Sequence record: MK962758
DNA from: Shigella phage JK55
Strand: one strand, 5' to 3'
Length of the DNA: 64,000 bases
The notes beneath the pieces were generated by a model that did not search any database, was not told where the DNA came from, and worked only from the letters and a program-made list of their open reading frames with translations. The translations under genes were made by a program, and so were the position numbers. Position 1 is the first letter of the stretch; each line of letters begins with the position of its first letter. Shown piece by piece: positions 53,535 to 63,440 of the stretch.

Positions 53535-54604
53535 TTAACCAGCACCCAATCTTTTTAGGTGGTGAGAGAAAAACTTTTGACTCACTTAATAAACACTACC
53601 CAAAAATCTTTGAACTTTATAAACAACAAAAAGCACAAGACTGGTCAGAAGATGAGTTCCCTTTTGAACAATCACGTCTTGATTTTGAGAGTGTCCCAGC
53701 ATCAATGTCAGGTGTAATGCTTGAGATTCTTAAGTGGCAATGGGAAGCAGACACTCAAGTTGCTAAGAGCTTGGCATTTGCCTTTGCACCTTTTATCTCT
53801 GATGACATCTATGCAACTGCAATTATGAAGCAGTCTGAGATTGAAAACCTACATGCTCTTACTTACTCAGAGATTGTAAGGCAATGTATTAAAAACCCTG
53901 AAACAATCTTAGATGAGATTAACCAGAATGTTGCTGTGCAAGACCGATTAAAAACTGTGAATCGTGTTCTTGAAGAATTACTGGATGAAGGTATAAACTA
54001 TCGTCTGAGTTATGTTCGTGATTCACTTCTGGACAAAGACCCTTTACACTTCCATAAAGTGATTCTGAAAGGGCTGTTTGCAGTGACTGCACTTGAAGGT
54101 ATATCTTTTATGGCATCATTTGCATGTACTTTTGCACTTGATGCTCAAGATAAATTTCAGGGTATTGCTCAAGCGGTACAGAAAATTATGCTTGACGAAA
54201 TCCTTCACACTAAAATTGATATTGAAGTTTTAAAAGAAACTTTAAGAGATGATGAGTGGCAGAAAGCTTTTCAACAAATTCTTCCAGAGATTAAAGTAAT
54301 CTTAGATGAAGTAGTTGAAAGTGAAGAGAAATGGTCGTATTATATCTTCTCCGAAGGACGTGCTGTAGTTGGCCTAAATACAAAGCTTCTTCATGAGTGG
54401 GTTTACTATAATGCTGCCCCATTGTATGATATGTTTGGCATTCCCAGAGATTTTGTAGCTCCTAAAGAACCACCTTTGAAGTACATGATTAAGAAGATGG
54501 AAATTGATAAAGAGCAGAATGCTAATCAGGAGCAACAGAACGGTGCGTACCTATTGAATACTGTTGTAGATGATTTGAATAGTGGATTTTTAGAGGTTCC
54601 TTAA
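53531..54604 (+). CDS. nrdB: ribonucleotide reductase class I small subunit
   Basis: 357 aa directly downstream of nrdA; helical ferritin-like composition with E/H-containing motifs. Confidence 0.8.
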   Translation: MINQHPIFLGGERKTFDSLNKHYPKIFELYKQQKAQDWSEDEFPFEQSRLDFESVPASMSGVMLEILKWQWEADTQVAKSLAFAFAPFISDDIYATAIMKQSEIENLHALTYSEIVRQCIKNPETILDEINQNVAVQDRLKTVNRVLEELLDEGINYRLSYVRDSLLDKDPLHFHKVILKGLFAVTALEGISFMASFACTFALDAQDKFQGIAQAVQKIMLDEILHTKIDIEVLKETLRDDEWQKAFQQILPEIKVILDEVVESEEKWSYYIFSEGRAVVGLNTKLLHEWVYYNAAPLYDMFGIPRDFVAPKEPPLKYMIKKMEIDKEQNANQEQQNGAYLLNTVVDDLNSGFLEVP

Positions 54605-54846
54605 TGACTTATGTAATTTACTCCAAAACTGGATGCCCTCAGTGTGAGACTGCAAAGAATTTTGCAAAAGCTCGTGGTATTGACCATGTTGTGAGAATGT
54701 TAGGGCAGGACTATGAGCTATCAGACCTGATGGATATTGCACAGATGCCAGTTCGTCAGATGCCATTCATCATGAAAACTGATGGACAAAACCTAAAACC
54801 TGTTGGTACGCTACAGAATTTTATGGCAGAGGTGAATAATGCTTAA
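54604..54846 (+). CDS. glutaredoxin/NrdH-like redoxin
   Basis: N-terminal VIYSKTGCPQCETAK (CPxC). Confidence 0.65.
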   Translation: MTYVIYSKTGCPQCETAKNFAKARGIDHVVRMLGQDYELSDLMDIAQMPVRQMPFIMKTDGQNLKPVGTLQNFMAEVNNA

Positions 54847-55045
54847 ACGCCTTTGGGAAGGTTTGGTTGTTGATGCACCAGCTATTGTGATTGGTATGCT
54901 TATTGTTAACCTATTTACTGACTTTGAACAAGGTTCATTGTTTGGAGCTATGTTACTATGGGTTATCTTTGAAATATTAGAGATACAGTTAGGTATAACT
55001 GAAAAACTAAGAGAACTCTTTTCGAAGTTTTCTAAAAAGATTTAA
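54839..55045 (+). CDS. small membrane protein
   Basis: 68-aa hydrophobic ORF. Confidence 0.4.
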   Translation: MLKRLWEGLVVDAPAIVIGMLIVNLFTDFEQGSLFGAMLLWVIFEILEIQLGITEKLRELFSKFSKKI

Positions 55046-55093
55046 AATGAAAGGGTCTCTTCGGAAACCTTTTTAGCATGTAAAGGGGCAATA

Positions 55094-57238
55094 ATGAACA
55101 AAGTACAGATTATTAAAAAGAACGGCTCACTTGAAGAACCTGATATCAAAAAAGTTTTAGCAGCAGTCACAAAGTCAGCTAACAGAGTTGGTTATAAAGA
55201 GCTTCCACCAGATGTTACTCAAGCTCTTGAGTCAGCATTTATGAGGATTCTGGTAAAGTCCACTAAGCAGAATAATTTGCTAATTTCTGTGAATGATATT
55301 CACAGTATTGTTGAGGGTGCTTTGGCAGAAGTCAATCACGAGATTTATGAGTCTTACTCAACATATAGAAATTACCGTAAAGAAGTTGCTCAAAATTGGG
55401 ATGAACTCTACCAGAAGACCAAAGATACACTCTTCTTAGGTGACAGAGAGAATGCTAACTTTGACAGCAGTTTAATTTCTACAAAAGGTTCAATTATTCG
55501 TGGTTATCTGACTAAAGAAATCTTTAAACAGTACCACTTAACACCAGAGGAACTTGAAGCCATTGAAAAAGGGTTTATCTATATCCATGATTTAAGAGAC
55601 CTAATTTTTGGTGGTATCAACTGTTGCCTGTTTGACATTGGTAAAGTCCTGAAAGGTGGCTTTGAAATGTCTGGCATTGAATATTGTGAACCAAAGTCTG
55701 TACTTTCAGCCTTACAGGTTATTGGTGACGTAGTTCTTTCAGCAACTGCACAGCAATTTGGTGGCTTTACTTTAGCAGAGATTGATAAGGTACTTGTGCC
55801 GTATGCTAAGAAGTCTCTACGCTATCATGCTGAGAAAGCAGCATCTTATGGTATTCCTAAAGAACATTACCACAATTATGTCATGGAGCAGCTACAGATT
55901 GAACTGACTCAAGGTTTCCAGTCACTTGAAATGAAACTAAACACTGTACCTTGTAGTCGTGGGGATTTTGCATTTACAACTTTGACATTCGGGTTGCTTG
56001 ACTCAGATATGTCTAATGAAGATAACCGACTGCAATACATGATTGCAAGTACTCTCCTAGATGTTCGTATGAATGGACAAGGTAAGAGCAAGAAGCCTGT
56101 TGTATTCCCTAAACTGGTTTATATTTATGACCAGAAGAGACACGATGAGAATATCTGTCAAGGACACCTGTACAGTAAAGCTATAGAGTGTTGCTCTAAA
56201 GCGATGTATCCAGATTTCTTAAGTGTATCTGGTCATGGTGCTGTAGCAGAGGCTTTTGAGCGTTCTGGCAAGGTTATTTCGCCGATGGGTTGCCGAGCGT
56301 TCTTATCTCCGTATCTTAACGAGAATGGGGAAGAGTTCTACGTTGGTCGTGCTAACATTGGTGCTGTGTCTTTGAACTTACCAATGATTTACCAGTATTC
56401 TAAAGAGAATGGTTTAGATTTCTGGAAAGAGCTTGATAAGTACCTAGAAATGATTCGCAGCTTCCACAAGAAACGTTACGAAATGATTGCTAATATGCCA
56501 GCAAGTTCTAACCCTCTTGCATTTACACAAGGTGGTCTGTATAAAGGAACTAAGAAGCCTACTGACAGGGTTGGTTGGGATATTGTGAAGTCATTCACAG
56601 CTTCTTTTGGGGTTACTGCGCTTGATGAACTATCTGTTCTTGCTGAAGGTAAACGACTTCATGAAGTTGGAAGCTATAGTTTTGCATACGATGTTCTGGC
56701 GTACATCAACATGAAAACTGAAGAGTTTAAAAATGAAGATGGTTTCTTATATGCAGTCTATGGCACTCCAGCAGAATCACTTTGTGGAACTCAGCTAAAA
56801 CAGTTCAGAGATATGTTTGGCGTTATCAAAGGTGTTTCTGATAAAGAATACTTTACAAATAGTTTCCATATGAATGTTGCAGCAGACATTACACCATTTG
56901 AGAAGCAGAACTTAGAAGAACCCTTCTTCCATATCTGTAGAGGCGGCAGAATCCAGTATGTAAGGGTAGCTAACCCAGAAAACTTACCAGCACTTAAAAG
57001 TTGTATTACAAGAGGGATGTTGAAAGGTTTCTATCAGGGACTTAACTTTGACTTAGCAATCTGTGAACATTGTGGTAACAGACCAAAGGCTGATGTTGAA
57101 GAATGTGAGGTTTGTCATTCACACGATATCTCTGTGATTAACAGGGTGTGCGGATATTTGGGATGGACTAAGATTAAAGGTGAATCCCGAATGAATGATG
57201 CAAAAATCGCTGAGATTCGTGACAGAATTTCTATGTAA
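55094..57238 (+). CDS. nrdD: anaerobic ribonucleotide reductase (class III)
   Basis: C-terminal zinc ribbon CEHCGN...CEVCHSHD and glycyl-radical motif NRVCGYLG. Confidence 0.9.
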   Translation: MNKVQIIKKNGSLEEPDIKKVLAAVTKSANRVGYKELPPDVTQALESAFMRILVKSTKQNNLLISVNDIHSIVEGALAEVNHEIYESYSTYRNYRKEVAQNWDELYQKTKDTLFLGDRENANFDSSLISTKGSIIRGYLTKEIFKQYHLTPEELEAIEKGFIYIHDLRDLIFGGINCCLFDIGKVLKGGFEMSGIEYCEPKSVLSALQVIGDVVLSATAQQFGGFTLAEIDKVLVPYAKKSLRYHAEKAASYGIPKEHYHNYVMEQLQIELTQGFQSLEMKLNTVPCSRGDFAFTTLTFGLLDSDMSNEDNRLQYMIASTLLDVRMNGQGKSKKPVVFPKLVYIYDQKRHDENICQGHLYSKAIECCSKAMYPDFLSVSGHGAVAEAFERSGKVISPMGCRAFLSPYLNENGEEFYVGRANIGAVSLNLPMIYQYSKENGLDFWKELDKYLEMIRSFHKKRYEMIANMPASSNPLAFTQGGLYKGTKKPTDRVGWDIVKSFTASFGVTALDELSVLAEGKRLHEVGSYSFAYDVLAYINMKTEEFKNEDGFLYAVYGTPAESLCGTQLKQFRDMFGVIKGVSDKEYFTNSFHMNVAADITPFEKQNLEEPFFHICRGGRIQYVRVANPENLPALKSCITRGMLKGFYQGLNFDLAICEHCGNRPKADVEECEVCHSHDISVINRVCGYLGWTKIKGESRMNDAKIAEIRDRISM

Positions 57239-57248
57239 AACTTGACAA

Positions 57249-57286
57249 GGTGATGTGGGTCTTGATAGGCTTACATCACCTTTTTA
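57249..57286 (+). terminator. intrinsic terminator
   Basis: ggtgatgt-loop-acatcacc followed by ttttt; overlaps a copy of cttgacaaggtg. Confidence 0.5.
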
Positions 57287-57636
57287 TTTGGAGTTACATT
57301 ATGGACTTGTGGCTTTATGTAGCAGCTTGTGGGATTGTATGTCTGATAATCTTATTTATTCTTGGAATAATGCGATTTAGAGACATAATACAGTCAGATT
57401 TTTTGCCTGAGTTTGCCATGATAGTTGGGGTTATTGCCCTTTGTGTCTTGGCAGTGTTCTATTCATACAAAACTGTGATATGGATGGAGGCAAACAATTG
57501 TGTAAAAACTCATCAGCATCGTGAGGTTACTCATTTTGTGAGTGTACTTAGTGGTAGCACCACTATACTTGTCCCACAAACTTCTGTAGAGTATCTTTAC
57601 ACATGTGATAATGGTAAAACTATATGGTGGAATTAA
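57250..57636 (+). CDS. small membrane protein
   Basis: 128-aa ORF with two hydrophobic segments. Confidence 0.4.
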   Translation: MMWVLIGLHHLFIWSYIMDLWLYVAACGIVCLIILFILGIMRFRDIIQSDFLPEFAMIVGVIALCVLAVFYSYKTVIWMEANNCVKTHQHREVTHFVSVLSGSTTILVPQTSVEYLYTCDNGKTIWWN

Positions 57637-57839
57637 CAATGACAACAATCTTAAAGGTATTGACACCCATACTACACATAGTAATCTTCTTCTTTGGTGT
57701 TAGTGTTATGGTATGGGGTTTTTCAGACCCACAATGGAATTTCTCATATCATGGTAAGATGGATTTATGGTCATGCTTCAAACCATTTTTAGGGTTAGCT
57801 ATAGCATTCAGTGCATTACCAACTAAGGTGAAATTATGA
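57624..57839 (+). CDS. small membrane protein
   Basis: 71-aa hydrophobic ORF. Confidence 0.4.
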   Translation: MVELTMTTILKVLTPILHIVIFFFGVSVMVWGFSDPQWNFSYHGKMDLWSCFKPFLGLAIAFSALPTKVKL

Positions 57840-58231
57840 TTAAGTTAAACCAAAAACAGTTAGAGTGGATTAAAGATTACGCCTCAGAGTGTGGCTCTTG
57901 CGAAAAGAATCACGTAAGATACTCAACATTCCACACGGTCTTCACATTGTACATCAGCGACAACGTTCTAAGTGATTCTGTAGAAGATGGTGTAGCATTA
58001 CCTAATGAATTACTTGATAAACTGGCTGTAGTCTCTGGAACTTGGTCTGAAGAGGATGGTCATGAGCTATCTGACGATGTTATCTTCTACACCCTTGAAA
58101 ACATCATGAATCCAGAGTACATTATGCTAATGACTTGCGCACAAGATTGTGTACCATTACAAAACTTCATTAAAGAGCACTGTGAAGAATTTATTACTAA
58201 ACAGGTTCCTTGTCAGGTGGTGTTTGAATGA
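57836..58231 (+). CDS. hypothetical protein
   Basis: 131-aa ORF. Confidence 0.4.
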   Translation: MIKLNQKQLEWIKDYASECGSCEKNHVRYSTFHTVFTLYISDNVLSDSVEDGVALPNELLDKLAVVSGTWSEEDGHELSDDVIFYTLENIMNPEYIMLMTCAQDCVPLQNFIKEHCEEFITKQVPCQVVFE

Positions 58232-58527
58232 GTAAAACAATTCGAAGAAAAGGTTTAAAGAACGTTCATGGGCTTTATGAGTGGAGAAATGAGGTACGTA
58301 ACAGAGAAAACGCTTCAGATGTCTACTTCCATTCTGATATGATGTCCAGAAAAGGTGGCTCTTATGACTTTACAAGCCAACCTTGTAGAGAGATTAAGAA
58401 GGCTACTAAACGTCTTACAAGAACACAAATAAGGCAGCTTTCTAAGACATCTTTCTTAGATGAATACTTTGACATTGACAGCAAGTCTCCAAAGAAAGCT
58501 GCTCAGAGCACTTATATGTATTGGTGA
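58228..58527 (+). CDS. hypothetical protein
   Basis: 99-aa ORF. Confidence 0.4.
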   Translation: MSKTIRRKGLKNVHGLYEWRNEVRNRENASDVYFHSDMMSRKGGSYDFTSQPCREIKKATKRLTRTQIRQLSKTSFLDEYFDIDSKSPKKAAQSTYMYW

Positions 58528-58536
58528 GGTAACTAG

Positions 58537-59022
58537 ATGAATTACATGGAGATTAGACCATTTGACACAGCTAATGGTGAAGGGGTTCGTGTAAGCCTCT
58601 TCGTAGCTGGCTGTAAACATCACTGTGAAGGCTGCTTTAACAGGGAGTCTTGGAAGTTTAATGCTGGTAAAGTATTTACTTATGCAAACCTCTACGGCAT
58701 CATTAAGTTAATGGATGATGAGGCCATCACTGGGTTGTCAATACTTGGTGGGGAGCCTCTGGATGATAGAAACATTCAAGAGGTCACCAACATATGCAAA
58801 CGTATTAAAACTGTTTATCCAGAAAAGTCTATATGGCTTTGGACAGGTTTTCAACTGCACGAAAAAATCCACTTAGATGTGATGAAATATGTTGACGTGG
58901 TGATTGATGGTAAGTATGATTCATCTAAACCAACAGTTAAACCATATCGTGGTTCTGATAACCAAAACCTCTGGAGGAAAGAGTATGGATGGCAAGGCGA
59001 TTGTCAATGGCGAGCAGAGTGA
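58537..59022 (+). CDS. nrdG: anaerobic RNR activating enzyme (radical SAM)
   Basis: CKHHCEGC radical-SAM cluster motif; downstream of nrdD. Confidence 0.85.
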   Translation: MNYMEIRPFDTANGEGVRVSLFVAGCKHHCEGCFNRESWKFNAGKVFTYANLYGIIKLMDDEAITGLSILGGEPLDDRNIQEVTNICKRIKTVYPEKSIWLWTGFQLHEKIHLDVMKYVDVVIDGKYDSSKPTVKPYRGSDNQNLWRKEYGWQGDCQWRAE

Positions 59023-59260
59023 TTATTCTGGCAAATGGACTTACGACATCAACAAGTTAGATGCTTGGATGATTTATACGAGAGAAAAATTTGGTGCAAG
59101 TTCATTATGTGCTCTTGCAACGATGGTGAAGAACGTTACCTTTGACATTCATGACTCAGATAAGTTTGGAGACTTCTACAGGATTCAAAACATCAGAGAA
59201 GGTATGACTCCAATTGGTATCACTGAAGAAGAACTTCATAAGTTCTGTATTAAACTTTAA
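58985..59260 (+). CDS. hypothetical protein
   Basis: ATG 58985 with RBS ggagg; overlaps nrdG 3' end in another frame. Confidence 0.35.
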   Translation: MDGKAIVNGEQSDYSGKWTYDINKLDAWMIYTREKFGASSLCALATMVKNVTFDIHDSDKFGDFYRIQNIREGMTPIGITEEELHKFCIKL

Positions 59261-59275
59261 TGAGAGAGACTAAAA

Positions 59276-59542
59276 ATGGGAATTTTAGGTAATATGAAAG
59301 CTGGATTCTTGAAAGCACTGGAAAAAGCAGCAGCAATCATTTCTATGACTGGAAAGCAGGTTGGTGTCGATGCTTCAGCAGTTGCACAAGTTCTTGCAAG
59401 CCAAATTGAACAGCAGCCTTACATCTACGTAGGACGTGGAAAAGGTGGTAAAAAACAAGCACATCGACCAACTGGTGCAGCAGCAATTAAACGTGCAGCT
59501 AAGAAAGCTCGTAACCGTAAACGTAATAAGAAGGCTAAATAA
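59276..59542 (+). CDS. small protein with highly basic C-terminus
   Basis: C-terminus AAKKARNRKRNKKAK. Confidence 0.4.
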   Translation: MGILGNMKAGFLKALEKAAAIISMTGKQVGVDASAVAQVLASQIEQQPYIYVGRGKGGKKQAHRPTGAAAIKRAAKKARNRKRNKKAK

Positions 59543-59544
59543 TC

Positions 59545-59865
59545 ATGAGCAAAGTTTATAACACTCGCAAATTACAGATTTTCGTACTGTGCCAGTTTAT
59601 GGCTAAAGAATACAACTTCTACTATTGTGGTACAGGTTTTATTAGTGATGATGATGGCTCATACCTCCCATTCAAAGAAGCTGTAAAACTCTTTAATGAA
59701 GAGAAAAGCTCTAAGAAAGATATTGAAAAGGTTAAGCTAAATTACAGCAAGAAAGATAAGAAGATTATCTGCCTAGATAACTTTGTAAAAGTTACTGGAG
59801 AAGCAAAAGAGTTTATGAATGAGAGTGAGATTTCATTCACAAGCATCTTGAAAGTAGCTCAGTAA
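59545..59865 (+). CDS. hypothetical protein
   Basis: 106-aa ORF followed by terminator. Confidence 0.4.
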   Translation: MSKVYNTRKLQIFVLCQFMAKEYNFYYCGTGFISDDDGSYLPFKEAVKLFNEEKSSKKDIEKVKLNYSKKDKKIICLDNFVKVTGEAKEFMNESEISFTSILKVAQ

Positions 59866-59876
59866 ACAGATACTAT

Positions 59877-59905
59877 AGGGGAACTGTAAAGGTTCCCTTT
59901 TTATT
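59877..59905 (+). terminator. intrinsic terminator
   Basis: gggaac-tgtaaag-gttccc followed by tttttatttt. Confidence 0.6.
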
Positions 59906-59916
59906 TTGGAGATGAT

Positions 59917-60432
59917 ATGTATCTGTCAAACCTGAAACGTTCTGCTGCAATGTCAGTGTTAAGACTCAGCTTTGAGGAACGTCAAGAGTTCATTGACTCC
60001 CACCAATACGACCCCTCAAACTCCAATCACATGATTCTCTGGAATCATGAAAGTACTCGTGAAAGAGCACTATTCCGTTATTACCCACACTATACTATAG
60101 ATAATCTGTATGAATTGTTTGTTGTGAAGAACACCATTACAGTGCTCAATAAACTTTGCAGATACACAGGTAGTCAATCCTTCACATTAGGCCACCACAA
60201 ACCTGTTACAAAGGGTGGTGAGCATCACTGTGCAAACTGGTTTATCCAGACTAAACTTGATAATCAGAATCAAGGAGATAGCCTTCTAAGCACCCCTAAG
60301 ATGACCTATGAAGAGCAAGAGAAATATATCAAAAATAATATGCCAGAGGTGCTTGACAACAACTATACAGATTTGGCAATATCTCTCCTGTTGAAGTTCG
60401 AGACAGTTTATAGGGCAACTTACAATGGCTAA
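59917..60432 (+). CDS. HNH-like nuclease
   Basis: LGHHKPVTKGGEHHCANWFIQTKLDNQNQGD resembles a His-Me finger. Confidence 0.4.
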   Translation: MYLSNLKRSAAMSVLRLSFEERQEFIDSHQYDPSNSNHMILWNHESTRERALFRYYPHYTIDNLYELFVVKNTITVLNKLCRYTGSQSFTLGHHKPVTKGGEHHCANWFIQTKLDNQNQGDSLLSTPKMTYEEQEKYIKNNMPEVLDNNYTDLAISLLLKFETVYRATYNG

Positions 60433-60703
60433 AGAGAAGTGGGAAATTTTACCATTAGTGAGTGAAGGTGGTAATGGTTGTGAGATGTACATGATACGTG
60501 GTCATGTTCCAGAACCAATTGCACTTGAGATGGTAAACAATTTTACAGATGGCTCTTACAAAGATTTAGGAGAGCCAACTATAAAGCATCAATGGGTCAA
60601 ACCTGTACCAGACAGCACAGGTAACTGTAGTGTACTTTATCACGTTGTAGACCCTGCAAAATGCAAATCTGCAATGGCAGTAACAAACATAACCTTTGAT
60701 TGA
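60425..60703 (+). CDS. hypothetical protein
   Basis: 92-aa ORF. Confidence 0.4.
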   Translation: MAKEKWEILPLVSEGGNGCEMYMIRGHVPEPIALEMVNNFTDGSYKDLGEPTIKHQWVKPVPDSTGNCSVLYHVVDPAKCKSAMAVTNITFD

Positions 60704-60716
60704 GAGAGAGAAAACT

Positions 60717-61598
60717 ATGAAAACTGTTATTGAAGTCGTTGTCACCGCACAAGAGAAATTCTTCCACACAGAAAAATTTAATATCATCCAATTCCCATCT
60801 GGAGAAATTGGTGGAAACTTCTCTGAAGATTTTGTTAAGTTTACTGAGCGTAATGCTGGTAAGATTGACAATGTTATACTTACTGTGCAGGGATATGATA
60901 AAGATACACTGTTTGCATTAGCTTTGGCTAAGGATGCCGTTGACAGTCTTGTTCCACATAAATCAGCGATGAAAACCGTTGTTTTCGGGTTCTTACCGAA
61001 TGCTCGATATGACCGACATATGTTCAAAGGTGATTCAGCAGCACTGAAAGCTTTTGCCAACCTCGTTAATGCAATGGGCTTTGATGCAGTATGTGCTCTT
61101 GACCCTCACAGCAATGTTGCAGAAAACTTATTTAAGTGCTTTCAGGGCATGAAGCAAAAAGATGTAGCAGCACACTTTGCAAGTGACCCACGCATTGATT
61201 TCTTGGTAGCCCCAGATGCAGGTGCAGCTAAGAAGACTGAAGAGACTGCTAAAGAGGTGGATAAACCATATATCACAATGTCTAAAATGCGTAACCTTAA
61301 GACTGGTGAAATTACTGGTATGCGAATCCTTGATGATGTTGATTTGACCGATAAAACTGTTATGATTCTCGACGATATCTGTGATGGCGGTCGAACCTTC
61401 ATAGAAGCAGCTAAACATCTTCGTGAAGCAGGTGCAAAACGTGTGGAACTCTATGTAACTCATGGCATTTTCTCTAAAGGTGTTGAAAGCTTACTTGACA
61501 ATGGTATTGACCATATCTACACTACAAACACTTTAGGTGAAGCTAAAGACCGTGGCTTAACACATTATGGCCAAGTTACTGTAGCAACCATTGATTGA
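60717..61598 (+). CDS. ribose-phosphate pyrophosphokinase family protein (Prs-like; candidate ADP-ribose pyrophosphokinase)
   Basis: PRPP/ribose-phosphate binding loop VMILDDICDGGRTF, flexible-loop-like NARYDRH; ATG 60717 with RBS gagagagag. Confidence 0.8.
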   Translation: MKTVIEVVVTAQEKFFHTEKFNIIQFPSGEIGGNFSEDFVKFTERNAGKIDNVILTVQGYDKDTLFALALAKDAVDSLVPHKSAMKTVVFGFLPNARYDRHMFKGDSAALKAFANLVNAMGFDAVCALDPHSNVAENLFKCFQGMKQKDVAAHFASDPRIDFLVAPDAGAAKKTEETAKEVDKPYITMSKMRNLKTGEITGMRILDDVDLTDKTVMILDDICDGGRTFIEAAKHLREAGAKRVELYVTHGIFSKGVESLLDNGIDHIYTTNTLGEAKDRGLTHYGQVTVATID

Positions 61599-61607
61599 AA
61601 CTTTATA

Positions 61608-61628
61608 GGGGCTTGAAAGCCCCATTTT
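61608..61628 (+). terminator. hairpin terminator
   Basis: ggggct-tgaa-agcccc followed by atttt. Confidence 0.45.
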
Positions 61629-61643
61629 GAGAGAGATTAAAAG

Positions 61644-63425
61644 ATGACTAAATCACTTTATGCAGTACCAGCAGGTTTAAACGCAGATGCTTACAAATCT
61701 GGTCATGTTTACCAGTATCCTAGTGCAACAGATTACTTGATGTTCAACCTGACACCACGTAGCGACAAATGGTTTAACAGCCCTTTAGCAATTGATGGTG
61801 TAGTGGCTTTTGGTATTCAACGTTTTGTTAAAGATTACTTGATAGACCACTGGAACGCCACTTTCTTTGAACGTGATAAAAAAGAAGCAATTGACGAAAT
61901 CTTAGAAGTTATGAATGGTGTTCTGGGGAAAGATGCTATCGGTCGAGAGCATTGGGAAGCACTTCACGACTTAGGTTATCTACCAGTTGAAGTGTACGCT
62001 GTAGAAGAAGGCACAGTTGTCCCGATGCGTGTCCCAATGATTGTCTTCCAGAACACTGTTTCAGGTTTCCATTGGGTAGCAGGTTATCTAGAAGACGCTT
62101 TCTCTGCTGAGATTTGGAAGGCTTGCACCATTGCAACTATTGCATTGCACTACAAACGTATCTGTAAGAAGTGGGCTGACCTCACTTGCGACAACGACTT
62201 GCATTTACCTTATCAGTGCCATGACTTTGCTATGCGTGGTATGTCCGGCTTTACTGATGACGCATTCAACGCTGTAGGACACTTAACCAGCTTTAAAGGG
62301 ACTGATAGCTTCCCTGCTGTATACACGGCTAAACGTATCTATGGGCAGACCTATCCAATCTCTGATATTGGAAGCTCTGTACCAGCCACTGAACACTCTG
62401 TAATGTGTGCAAACATTGCTTGGGAAGGTGGTAACGAGTTGGTTGAAGAAGAAAGACGATTTAAAGGTGAGTTACAAACCTTCCGTCGTTTCTTAACAGA
62501 AACTTACCCAACTGGTATTGCAAGTATTGTTTCAGACACTTATAACTTCTGGAGAACTGTGTCAGAAATCTTACCAGCACTTCGTAAAGAAATTATGGAA
62601 CGTGATGGTAAGCTGGTAATTCGCCCTGACTCTGGAGACCCTGTACATATTGTCACAGGCTATAAAGCAATCCACTTAGAGTGTGCTAAGAAGGCTTATT
62701 ATGAGCACCTAAGCAAGCTGGAAGCTAGTGACACAATGTTGAATGCTGTTCTGAACATGAAGCTTGAAAACATCAACTATGGTATTGCTGGATGGCTACT
62801 GTCAGAAGGCTACGAAATGGTTGTTGACAGAGAAGACTTTGAAGTTGCTGATACAGTGATGTTGAAAAATGCTTATATGGTTGGCTCTGCAAACGTTGTA
62901 ACACGTCCTGTAGCAGAGATTGATGGAGCTATTAAGACCCTGTACAACATCTTCGGAGGGACTATTAACTCTAAAGGGTTTAAGGTACTGGATGAGCACA
63001 TCGGCCTTATCTATGGTGACTCTATCACGCTGGAACGTGCAAACGAAATCCTGAAGCGTCTGTATGAAATGGGTTTTGCAAGCTCTAACGTAGTGTTTGG
63101 TGTAGGCTCTTACACTTACCAGTACATGACTCGTGACACCTTTGCATTTGCTGTCAAAGCAACTCTTGCAAGCATTGGTGGTAAAGAGATTATGCTTGCA
63201 AAAGACCCTAAAACAGATAGTGGTGTTAAGAAATCTGCCTTTGGTGGTGTAGCACCTATGTGGGATGGTGATAAGCTGAAAGCTGTAGATGGCTATGGAT
63301 TCCAGAGTTTTGCAGATGTACTTGACCACCAAGCTTGTGCTTTACGTTTAGTCTTTAGCGACTCTGAGCAGTTCGGTTATACAACTCTTGGAGATATTCG
63401 AAATAATATTGACAAGCAGCTTTAA
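61644..63425 (+). CDS. nicotinamide phosphoribosyltransferase family protein (NAMPT/NadV-like)
   Basis: AYKSGHVYQYP, LPVEVYAVEEGTVVP, CHDFAMRGMSG, GTDSFPAVY, PATEHSVM, VSDTYNFW, IRPDSGDP all match conserved NAMPT blocks. Confidence 0.85.
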   Translation: MTKSLYAVPAGLNADAYKSGHVYQYPSATDYLMFNLTPRSDKWFNSPLAIDGVVAFGIQRFVKDYLIDHWNATFFERDKKEAIDEILEVMNGVLGKDAIGREHWEALHDLGYLPVEVYAVEEGTVVPMRVPMIVFQNTVSGFHWVAGYLEDAFSAEIWKACTIATIALHYKRICKKWADLTCDNDLHLPYQCHDFAMRGMSGFTDDAFNAVGHLTSFKGTDSFPAVYTAKRIYGQTYPISDIGSSVPATEHSVMCANIAWEGGNELVEEERRFKGELQTFRRFLTETYPTGIASIVSDTYNFWRTVSEILPALRKEIMERDGKLVIRPDSGDPVHIVTGYKAIHLECAKKAYYEHLSKLEASDTMLNAVLNMKLENINYGIAGWLLSEGYEMVVDREDFEVADTVMLKNAYMVGSANVVTRPVAEIDGAIKTLYNIFGGTINSKGFKVLDEHIGLIYGDSITLERANEILKRLYEMGFASSNVVFGVGSYTYQYMTRDTFAFAVKATLASIGGKEIMLAKDPKTDSGVKKSAFGGVAPMWDGDKLKAVDGYGFQSFADVLDHQACALRLVFSDSEQFGYTTLGDIRNNIDKQL

Positions 63426-63440
63426 AAGTATATGATAAGA

